From the NCBI GenBank assembly GCA_051362555.1, contig CM120645.1, positions 7,378,001-7,442,000 on the forward strand: a stretch of DNA of 64,000 nucleotides, in the 5' to 3' direction. Each line of letters opens with the position of its first letter. Position 1 is the stretch's first letter. The position numbers and the translations under genes were made by a program. Origin of the DNA: Lingula anatina (lineage: Eukaryota; Animalia; Brachiopoda). The notes beneath the pieces were generated by a model. It worked only from the letters and a program-made list of their open reading frames with translations. It was not told the origin of the DNA and did not search any database. Below, piece after piece: positions 14,527 to 25,472 of this stretch.

Positions 14527-15848
14527 CTCAGTCTGGGGCGTCTGGTTCTCTGTTTAACTAACGGGGGAGAAAACGTATGACCTTGTAGGGTTGTTGGCTA
14601 ATATTTAAAAAAGATAGAAAGTAACCTTTGAACTGCAGGGACGTGGAGCTGTAGAATATAACAGTCATTCTTTGCTAGTGGTGCACTGCAGGGGGGCCAT
14701 AACAAGAATGTTATTTAAATTTAGATAGCCAACCAAATTCTCATGACATCGTTGTGTATGTTTCAATAACAAATCAAAGAAGCTGCATGAGCAAGGAGGA
14801 TGTTGTTATAAAAGCAAAAAAATAGAAAAAGCAGAAAATATATCGAAATAACCCTCAAAATGGCGTCCTTTTTTGTGGAATTTTGACCCTACCTCTATTT
14901 AAGAACAGTTTGCTTAGGGTTTGAATGGATTATTGAAGCAGGAAATACATGTACTGCAAGAAGATATAATAAACAGAATGTGCAAATTGTTATTTAAATA
15001 AAAATTTATTTGAAGTCACTGAAAAATGATCACAAAATTAGCTTACCTTACGATACATGCGGTGTCCCACCCCGATGAAAATTTCATCTAATCCTATCTT
15101 TCCGTATTAAAACTGTTCAATCGTCCAAAGTAGTATGTCGGTTAGTTTGTGTCACGAAGTCCATGATAATATCAGTTTTCATAAGAATTTCACATTTATT
15201 GCTCAGCAAGGTCGATTTTTCTTCACCGCGTCCCAATATAACGTTCGCAACGCTGAAACTTCAGAGATCGATTTTTATCAGACGACTTTAAAATGCCGCG
15301 TGAAAATTATACATCGATAGCGATCTTCTTCCATACTCACTAACTGATGACGTCTTACACACGAATGGCTTCTTTTGCACACTAAAAAAACCAGCTCAAA
15401 CTGGCGGGTGGCCCATTCTGATAACATATCACGCAATGACGCTGTCGAGATAGGATGCAGGGCACAGGTGTAATTCCCTCGATTTAACCGTCCGTGCCAT
15501 GGGAGATTTGGTTCTACCCGTCTAATTTTATTTCTTTTTACCGTCTTTGCCTGTCCTGTCCGCATTTTTTCTGTTGGTTAGGGGCGTTGTAGATATGAAG
15601 ATATAAGATTTTTTAATTAACCGTTTTAATTAACCGCACATATTAACGGGGTTAATTTATGCGGACTTAGACTGCGCTAAAGGAGATTTATTGAAACATA
15701 TTGCAGGACATCACATCATTTATTTACTGGCAAATTAATTTATTCGATTGATGATGTCATCTTGACGTGAACCTCTACGGTTCACCTACATCTCTGTTAT
15801 GATCGCGGAATGACCGTGATGTTTAACATACCTCTTTTTTTACTCCAG

Positions 15849-16006
15849 GCATGAGGAAAGGACTTTTCCCGATAATAATGATTGGTAACCGCATTGCAGT
15901 CGTTCATCTACGATTCAGTCAAAGTCTATTACAGGCTGCCACGTCCACCTCCACCAGAGATGCCAGACAGCCTCAAGCCAAACTTGCTGCACGGGGGAAG
16001 CTGTGA
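15849..16006 (+). pseudogene. Duplicated, degenerate copy of the SLC25A3 last exon, with flanking intron and 3' UTR copy from about 15650 to 16500
   Basis: Aligns to 734-900 with substitutions and deletions of 3, 5 and 1 nt. The acceptor tttttactccag is intact. No upstream SLC25A3 exons are duplicated. Confidence 0.9.
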
Positions 16007-16761
16007 TGATTTAGGGTTTATTTTAGAAACTTGTTTAATGAACGGAATTTTTCTAAAATAAGTGTTGTACAGAAGCGTCAAATTGGACTGTGACTGTTGA
16101 GTAAGACTAATAAGATACGTAATACCAGTATGTAGGGAAATTTTGCCTAACAGCTTAATTTGAGGTTCAAACAGAAAACAACGTGATTTTAATAAGTCTA
16201 CTACATTCGGACAACTGGTGGATTACTCGTGTTCTGACACTGGTTTATTCCATAAATCGGATCTAATGTCTAACAGGCAAACTTGGAGCTTTTATTTTAC
16301 AATTGTCAATTTATCAATGTATTTTGAACTTTCAAAACAGCTGCACGTTAAATGCTTAAGTCACCAAATAGCGTTTTAATAACACCGGGTAGTGCACATA
16401 ATAGATCTACTCTAACTAAATACTTTTTCTATGTGATAGATACTCTTTCTAATACGTTATGAAGGAAATATGACGATAAAGATTTCTGAGTGTCATTACT
16501 CCAATCCTTGTTTTCGGCTTGGTTATTGCGCCACTTATTTTTAGTATTTAATCTTTTTTTTTGCTTTACACATTTTTAAACATGCGTGTAAAAAACTTAA
16601 AGCAGGCGGAACGTTACTTGTGAATCACTCATGCGCGTTCAGACCGGGTCAGCCCTCAACCGGAGTAACTTAACTGCAGAACGTTAGTCGGACAAACCTC
16701 GGTTTTAGTCTGACCTGCTCTGAACACGCCTTAGAACTCGTGGTATTCAGTCGGTTGGTTC

Positions 16762-19700
16762 TCAGTCGTCCATTTTGAGAAGTGCTCTGCCGTTAATCTT
16801 TCCATCCCTGAGCATCATCAAAGCTTCGTTGGCTTGGTCCAGACTGTAGTATGACATTGGGGGTGGTTTGAGCTGGAAACAATGTTAAAAATGATTCACC
16901 TAGTCATAATCAGTCATAACCTATTTGTATGATAAATATTCAGTTTTTTTTTCGGAACATTTAGGTTGGTCATTTAACTTTCTTCATTGTGCTTCTTCAT
17001 CAGCTTAACCTTCAGACGTTTGGTAAATATATATTTTATGACCCACAATACTGTCGAAATATAACCGCTCTCACCCACTTTAAAGCATGAAAAATAACAA
17101 ATTACACGGTCTACCTGTTTCTCAGCCACCAGCTTCACGAGTTCTCTCAAGTGTTGTGGACTGGCAACGTAGACTCCTCTCATACAGTGAGTCTTGCAGG
17201 CAAATATTGGAAGCTGTATATTAATACTTCCACCAAATAGCCCGATGATGGCCAAAATACCACCCTGCAGATAAAAAGTGATGTTTGAAACACTGCCGTA
17301 AATAATGGAATATAATATCTTACAAAACATTATACGTGGCAATAACAGATTTTGGATTTTATGTCAGGAATAACAATATGTAACTTGGTAAGAGGTGCAT
17401 GGACAATTACACGTTGCGACTTTTATTATGTGGCAATTGATCTGATAAACGGTTGACGTTATACGGTTGATTTATATTTCAACTGTAAGTAAAGACGCAG
17501 ATGGCTTTTAACAGGTTGATTTTTAATTATTTTCAAATGAAGCCATCCACCACAAAGGGAAATATGCAATAAATACACATACACGTGCACAATGAACGCC
17601 AAATGTGAAACAACCCTGTTGAAAACCACCTTGGTGAAAACTTCACGTATATCAAGGTGTCACTTTTATGGCACCATTGGTATTTAAATTGGAATTTTAT
17701 AATGACAGTTTATTGAATTATTTATTATTAAATTTATCATGAGATACATACATACATACATACATACATAGTTCAAGCAGTTGAGAGCTCTGGTGGTTGT
17801 GACCCCATTGTTCACAAGGTCAATTGCGGCATCCACTCCTCCCCCAGATATCTCCTTTGTACGCTCCACCAGTGTTGATTCATCCACTGACAAGGGAATA
17901 TTAAACACACCGGATTATGCCAAGATAACGTGAAATATATTCAATATACATTCATAAATATAGTATACTGACATGTTGGATTTGTCGGCCATTTTTGGAA
18001 AATTTTCGCACATCTTAGTGCCAGGAGTTTTCTGAGATAAAACGCGTTTCTACTTTATTGATTTATCATGTCCATTTTTTTCTTTAAATTGTATATGTTA
18101 TTAGCAACACAAAATTCAACAAAACTTGCACTGCTGTTGTACAGTGTACCCAGCAATCGCAGACCGTTCTCTGTTTACTGAATACAAAACGTTCCTTCTA
18201 GAGTGGCAACTTTTAACTACCACATACCGAGAAGTACTGTTGAATTTACCCGAACCCGCATATTTGTTTATTCCCTAGTCATTTTGAAAACTTGCTTTTT
18301 TAATTCAACAAAAAAATCACCTGCTGGATCCCACAAAACGACATCATCAGCACCAGCAGCTTTGGCAATTTCTAATTTAGAAGTCTAAAAGAGAGGAGGT
18401 TTCATTATAGCAATATTAATTATGTAGGAGGGGAAAATTATAGCAGTTAATAATGAATGCAATAAAAGCAATCTTACACCAGTGAAAAAACTTTCGGCAG
18501 ATGTGACCCAAACCTTCTACGTTATGCTTGATCAGGATTAACACATTTTTAAAAATATGGATACATGACATCATACATGTATGTAAACAAATAACAGTGA
18601 CAAAAGTAAACATCTTCGTAATACGTGCAGTAGTTTACCAAAACTAAATGTTATATTAGAACCAAATACCTAATTGAAAATTTCACGTAATTGAAAACAT
18701 AATGTAAGACTGAGATTTTACCGTAATATCGGCGCTGATCACTCTGACATCTGGCGGCAGAATGGCCTTGGCTATTTGTACACACCACAGCCCCAGTCCC
18801 CCTGCGCCGATAACCAGCAGCTTCGTTTTGCCTGTAAGGAGAAATTACATAGCACTGGCTTTATCACCACTGCGAATATGTTTTCATATTTCATAAAGTT
18901 TTTTCCCTATATTGATTTGAAAGTCAACGCCATGGCTAGATTTCAAGCACAGTTTGTTGCAATCGGAGCTGTGCTGTAGCTTATCTGTGCGGATAAACAT
19001 ACTCGTTTGTGAAGTAAACAAAAATGAATTAATTAATTAAAAAAAGGAAAAAATCCTGCTGGATTTAATATTCTTTTACGAATAAATGGTGGTTGTTTGA
19101 TTTTAAGTGAAAATACAGAGAAAAATGGGACAGCTTTCACAACTAACACAATCGCGCTCGTGTAAAGTGTTTGTTTTTCTATGGGAGTTTGTGAGCATGC
19201 AAAAGAAAGATCGCCAGCTAGACAGATAAGAGAGTAAAATTAGCTCACGTATACCTCTTAGTTTAAGCAGCTCTTCTAATGTTGGTTTTACGACGCTGAC
19301 TCCGTGGTAAGTTGTAACACCGCTGCAGGCAATGATAGCTGCTGTATCCATGCCAACCGATTCGGGCACTTTGACGGCGAACTTTTTCTCAGGGACACTG
19401 ACGTAGGTTGCGTATCTGTCGAAAAAAAAAGGATAATACAGATGAGTGAAACTTTACCCAAAGTGTTCATAAATGCTTCACTTCAATGTTCAAAGTAAAC
19501 TGTTTTAAGTATCATTGCCATTTAATAGCTTCATAATTTGAGCACCTCATTTTTGAGAGCATTTACGTTGGAGAGAATATGCGTGGAATATTCTAAGACA
19601 GTAATAGCTTAGTAGAGGCAATAGGCAAAGGACAGTAGGTACATGTACTACTTGTAAAGAGTCTTGACACATGACATACCCCCCGGGTTGCTGCGCTCCA

Positions 19701-20624
19701 AGCGTTCCCTTGATGGCGTCTGGACAGAGTTGATTGGAGCCGCCACTACATACGTCACACTTCCGGCAACCAATGAAAGGGTAGATCACAACTCTGTCAC
19801 CCACTTTGATGTCAGGGTCATCTGTACAAAGATATAGGTTATAATTATCATTCAAACCTGTATCTGTAGCATGAAAGGAAATATCATAATCGCAATACTC
19901 GTGATGAATCTTGTTTTCAAAATAAAATTTAAAAGGGGCATCAAATTCACTTCAATTCAATTTTTCATGCTAATTAGAGGGATAATAACTCTTCGTGTGA
20001 GATCTATATTTCACAATAAATACATTGTGAACAACTCATAGATATATAATTTATTCTGTTTTACCACAAAAACAGCAGTTATATATATTATTCTGAAATC
20101 TGAGCTTGTCTTTAGACCACGTGACCTCCATTGATGGCTATACTCTCTTATAATCTCTTAAGATGTTATAACTAAAAAAAAACTTAAAAAAAAACAACAA
20201 CAAGGGACTAACTTTGAATGTAAAAATGGATTCATTAACCATTGGTAAGTATGGAAAATTTGTTGTTTACTCCAGGAAAATTCATTTTTTTATTGGCCAA
20301 AACGAGTTATTATCCCTTTAAGCGAACTGAAAACAGTGACCGTGAAACATCCTGCATTTAGTGCATCTTAAAAACGCCACTTACCAGCACTCGATTTATC
20401 TCCCAGTGAGTGGACAATCCCAGATATTTCATGACCTGTTGAGAGAGTATTCGTAGTAATGAATATCCAGTTATAGAAATTGGAGTACGATTAATAATTA
20501 ATTTTGGCTTTTATTTGTTGTGCCTGAATATTTATGAAACAATTATTTTTTTCTTTGAAACGCGCTACACATTCTTCAGAGAAGAATATATTAGTGTGTT
20601 TGCGTACATGAACATGCGTTTGCA

Positions 20625-20658
<34 letters not shown>

Positions 20659-23104
20659 CGCGCGCGCCCGTGATTAATAAAAAATATATTTTTTAGAAGA
20701 AATATAGTCAACTCTGAGACAGGCACATACTACGACAAGTGTATCAAGCAGTTACTTTGTGTAGAAATTTGTTAATTTCCATGTATACATGTATTTATGA
20801 GTACTATGAATAAAGTTACGTTCTTCTGTCTTGCAGTGAATTTGGCCAAGTGCCAATATATTCTAACTGGCTCCAAGTTCACAAAAAAAAAAAAAAAAAA
20901 ATTAAGTCAGGTTCCCTGGCTCGGAACTTAATTCCAAAGTTACATGGTCACATGGGCACATCTTACCCTATCAGGAGCAGTGTAACAGTACTCTCATTCA
21001 TAGAAACTCTAGTCAACTAAGCCAGGGAGCTGACTTATGGCTGACTTATGTTTTTTTTTCTTTTGTAGTAATGGGGCCTGGGCTTACTTTGGCAACCTTT
21101 ATATTGTGGCATCACACCGTGCAGCAGCGTATACGTAGCTTGGGATTTGGGACGGGTTTTAAATGTTTAGATAGTGCCACATGGTACATTGCGAGTCTCT
21201 CAATTTTCTTTTTGTACACATGGTAGTATGATTTACACATTTACACGTGAAACAATGGCTGACTATATGTACATGTACACGATGATTTTTTACGGGGTCG
21301 TTTCAAAACACTGATTTTAGGCTTAGAAAAAGAAGCGGAAACTCTCACCTAGTACAAAGTTGTGCGGATCGCTGAGGAAAGTCATTTCTTTTCCATCGCC
21401 CAATTCTGTTTTGTTCTCCCAAAGGTGAATATCAGAATGACAAATGCCAGCGAAACTGGTCTAGAATAAAACGATTGATTAAGTACTTAATTAATTAATT
21501 GATTAAAAGATTTAAGACGGGACATATAGAGGTACAGTTTGCAATGCGCTTGCCTTAATATATAATACTGGGCATTTGGTGTTTGATATTTTGGATATGT
21601 CAAGTTTGAAATACTGACAGAGCATCAATCACTCTTTCAGACTGCCGTGTCAGAGTTCTGACTTGCATGGCTGTCAGGTTGTTCTTGTCACTTCTGTTCT
21701 TGAAAAAAGACCTACATCAAGTCATGTGACCTTATTCCGAATGCCTTCTTCCACCAATCAAAGTATCGGAGTCGTTGGCGTCCTTCTGTTCTTTTAGTCT
21801 GCGAGGCAACCCGTAACAGCTTTTTTTTTAATCAAAATCAAGTCCACAAATACACGTCTGCCTGCCAAGAATGTACCACATAGAACTTTGCATAACTTGT
21901 ACTAATAATAGTCAAAAGTTTAAAGGCTGAATCATGGCAAAACAATTCCGCTCAGAATATATGTTCCACATGTATAATTGTACAAAAAATTATTACGAGG
22001 TCATGCGTTAAGACCTCCAGAGACATAAAACAATTGGAATAAATGTGCTGACAACGTTTGAATGGAAGGACGTTTGCAAAAGCAATACAAATCTGTTTCG
22101 GCGGAGAATATCAAGCCAAAAAGTCGTTTTTTACCACCACTTAAAACACACAAATTTGTGATGACTAAACAACCCGTGGGGTAAATTTGTCATCGTTAAA
22201 ACACCTAAAAAAATTACAGACCCGTGCTCATCAATTCGAAATTATGCAATGTTCCCACAGTAAAACAGCACAGTTTAAGCTGGGAATGCGTTTTATAATT
22301 TTCTTTCAATGGATCAAAAAGATTGATGAAAAGTTGGACATCAATCGGGAAGTATGATAAATTACAAAAAAATCCTTTATTCCTGCGCCATTAAGTACAG
22401 ATCAGCTAGGTCTAATTAAGTAGGACTAATTAATCAGTAGGACTAATTAAGATACGAAGTTGTAATGTTTTAACAGTATGGCTGTAAGTATATAACCATT
22501 GCCGAAAGCTGTGATGAGGGGAGGGAGAGCGATTCCCCCCGCCCCATTTCCAGAGAATTTTGAACATTTATTGGAACGTTTCCAAAGCTTTTACGCTCTC
22601 TTTATCCCACTACACCAGAAGCCTCTTACTTATTGTAGGCCCCAACCTTTTTTCTCATCTTACACATGGCGCTGCAAAACTGTACATTTGTTAAAGAAAC
22701 GAAATTGAAAAGCATGCATTAGTATTTAAAAACTTTCAAAGATTTTGGACATGACGTACCGGTGGCAAAGTAGGAACATACTCGTTCCTGGAAAAAGATT
22801 GGCAGTAAAAATTCATACCAGAATTCCTTTTCACTGTCCCTTTCAAAGCACGGTATTGGAGTTTTTGAAACAGTAAAAATCGTGGACCATGATGTCAGAG
22901 CTTTCAACCATTACTTTGCTTTTTATAAATTTATTGCTTACTTTGGAATTAACTAAAACACACTAACTTATTTTTTAAAAAAATTAAAGCGTATACCTTA
23001 ATGACAAGTCCTTCTGGCGGTGGTTTGGGAATTGCCTGTTCCACAATTTTCAGCGGTTCCTTGGGCGCTGGAACTTGAGCCGAACGCATCACGGGAGCAG
23101 ACAT
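16762..23104 (-). CDS. Zinc-dependent medium-chain alcohol dehydrogenase, paralog 3 (375 aa, 10 coding exons)
   Basis: Exons (-): 22997-23104, 21349-21460, 20385-20435, 19680-19821, 19255-19415, 18722-18831, 18321-18384, 17768-17886, 17115-17264, 16762-16872. Open frame with GICHSDIH, GHE, CRKCDVC..C and GAGGLG. Confidence 0.95.
19978..20317. mobile_element. Non-autonomous TIR element (Kolobok-like MITE) found only in ADH paralog 3
   Basis: TIRs agggataataactc / gagttattatccct, flanked by ttag and ttaa. Paralog 1 has an uninterrupted TTAA at the equivalent site (ttaagtgaactgaaaacagtgac). A TTAA target with RR..YY termini fits Kolobok. Confidence 0.7.
20626..20667. repeat. (TG)n(CG)n alternating purine-pyrimidine microsatellite
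   Basis: Read directly: tgtgtg...gtgcgcgcgcgcgcgcgc. Confidence 0.9.
20867..21081. mobile_element. MITE-like insertion in ADH paralog 3 intron 2
   Basis: Imperfect terminal inversion ctggctccaagttcacaaaa / ttttgtagtaatggggcctgg and internal inversion taagtcaggttccctggct / agccagggagctgactta. Absent from paralogs 1 and 2. Confidence 0.55.
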
Positions 23105-25096
23105 CTTGGTCTGGGGCGTCTGGTTCTGTGTTTAACTAACCTGGGAGAAACGCGACCTTCTTGTAGAGTTGCTTGCTAATATTTGAAAAAAAAAAAGAAA
23201 TTGACCTTTGAACAGCGAGGACGTGGTGCTGTAGATTATAAATGTATCACGAATATAAATGGAGGTCGAGTAACGCAGTTCGGTACCTACTCGTGCCTTG
23301 TGTGTTATTCAACTGTGTTTTTTAAAATGTCGGCGCTCTCTCATTTTAACACTTGCAAATATAGTATTTAGTTGGCGATCAAATGGCAAAACTGCTAACC
23401 GCAATGAAATATACTTTGGCATCATGCAATACACACATATGAAAACGTCAAACTGTGGCAAATGGGCTGGTCTGTCTGGCTGTGAACGAACTGAATACTT
23501 TAAACCCATTGAATTTAGTGATAAAATCGATACAAATCAGTGCGATAAATATTCAATATAGAATTCAAAATAGACACATATCACGATTTCAGGAGTCTGT
23601 AGAAGATTCTAAAGCCATATCTTTTATCTGACTTTTTGTGTGTTATCCTATTTTTAAATGCCAAGAAATCAGGATTGTTCGTTTAACAGTGATGACAAAT
23701 TTTAGAATAAAACAGGCATTTTGTATTACATTTTCGACGTCATCGAGTTATTTTATTTATTTATTTATTTATTTATTTATTTTGGTCCAGGCTGAAAGCT
23801 TGAGAGTTGGTAAGAACTTGGAAGAGATAACCAATGTGAAAAGGTGACTTTATTTGTTCCATTGCAGTCATGTAAAATATGACGTCAAGGTACCGCATCT
23901 TCCTACTGGTAGTTGTGTAAAGAAAGATGTGTTTAAGGCTGAAATTAAACAAAAAGAAAGGTTAATCACCATCTGGTTCTCTTCACCTTTAACCAGAACT
24001 GTTTTTTTTCCAGCACATCTGAGGTTAACTTGTTAATCATATGGACAGTGCTTGTCATTTTTTAAGTCTTTCATTTTTCTGAACGAACTTAAGTTAAAGC
24101 TAATTAGTTAATTGCCTTGTTTTTTGTAAGTATTGAAAATACTAATAATTTTTTATTAGAATACGTCTTTCAATGTCGGTAGAAAATAACAACGAAGCAT
24201 GTGACCAAAATGTGACTACTATGTTTTAAAAGGGATTGTTGAAAAGATACCATTACACAGTATTACAGAGTTTATAGTTCTATAGGTTTATGGATGTTCA
24301 GTTTTGAAAATCTCAAGAAGATGCACTGAAACATGTTTTTCTTTCACCAAATTCAATAAGGCCTACTATGAAAATTTCAAGGGACAAATCAATTTACTGC
24401 TCTATCATAATGAAAATTTTGCATTTGATGTTTTAAGTCTGCATTCACAACTACAAAAGTCGGTGTGGCAGGAAAGTTAATAGTCCAGGAAAGGAGGTCT
24501 GGGGTTCCATACAGATTAACACAGGTTGAGGGTAACCGGAAGTATTGGAGGCAGTATATGGGACAAATGTCGCCTGTTCAAAGTGATGGGAAACGGACTT
24601 CGGTTTTTAGGAAACTGCCATTTCTGTCACACCGATTTAGAAATCATGTAAAGAACAAGTCTCACTATTTCGCACTTTATTACAAGGGAGGGAAAGACAT
24701 TAGTGATATATTTTGGACTGACTGTATAATAATGCATTTCTGCTTCCAGTATTCGTTAATGAACGGCAACCGTCGTTTTCTGATCTTAAACTGTTGTAAG
24801 GCCTGTCCTTGCATTTTAAATGAGAAATTGATAACCATACCCGTGTCACGGTGTGCGTTTAGGCCTCAACTATTCTACTGTTCACCATTATAGATATCCA
24901 TGGTAACTTACATTATAATGTGCGTTTGTAACTAAATCTGAATCATTCAAGAAGCAAATAATCTACATGTAGAACAGTACAAATAATAATTTCCATGAAG
25001 TAAACGGCGCAATGATGATACAAGTAAAACATATGTTAGTCCTTTTTTTCTAAAAGCACTTCTTGAATCGTCCAATTTTATTCGTTATAAATGAGC

Positions 25097-25337
25097 CAGG
25101 GCCCAAAACAAAGAGGGATGGGGGGGGGGGGGGGGGGTAGGTTGGCTCCCTTCCCCTCTTCCAGAGATTTTTGAAAAATATTTTTGGTGTATCTTTATTA
25201 CGTGGTAACCTTTTCTTTCTTCCAGTCTTTTATGTCTCTTGCTTTCCTTCTGGTGCACACGTGCAGTACAAATATACCAATATCATGAAGGCTTTCGGCA
25301 ACTGATTCCAAACGTTTTTTCTCCTCCTACGGCCCCG
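25097..25337. mobile_element. Short G-tract-containing MITE-like repeat; relatives in intron 1 of ADH paralogs 1-3 (about 6617-6850, 13935-14135, 22500-22675)
   Basis: Shared layout cagggc...poly-G...cccttccc...aaattttgaaaaa...caactg...ctcctcctac...ggc(g/c)ctg in four places. Confidence 0.5.
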
Positions 25338-25472
25338 TACAATATACGTACATATTTCCACGTTAACTCGTTAAAAATGAACAACCGTTTTATATTCTCC
25401 TGTTTAACTAGTTATGAATATACAGTTCTACTTCTGATTATATTCTACTGCTACAATCGTGCGGCCTTGTTT

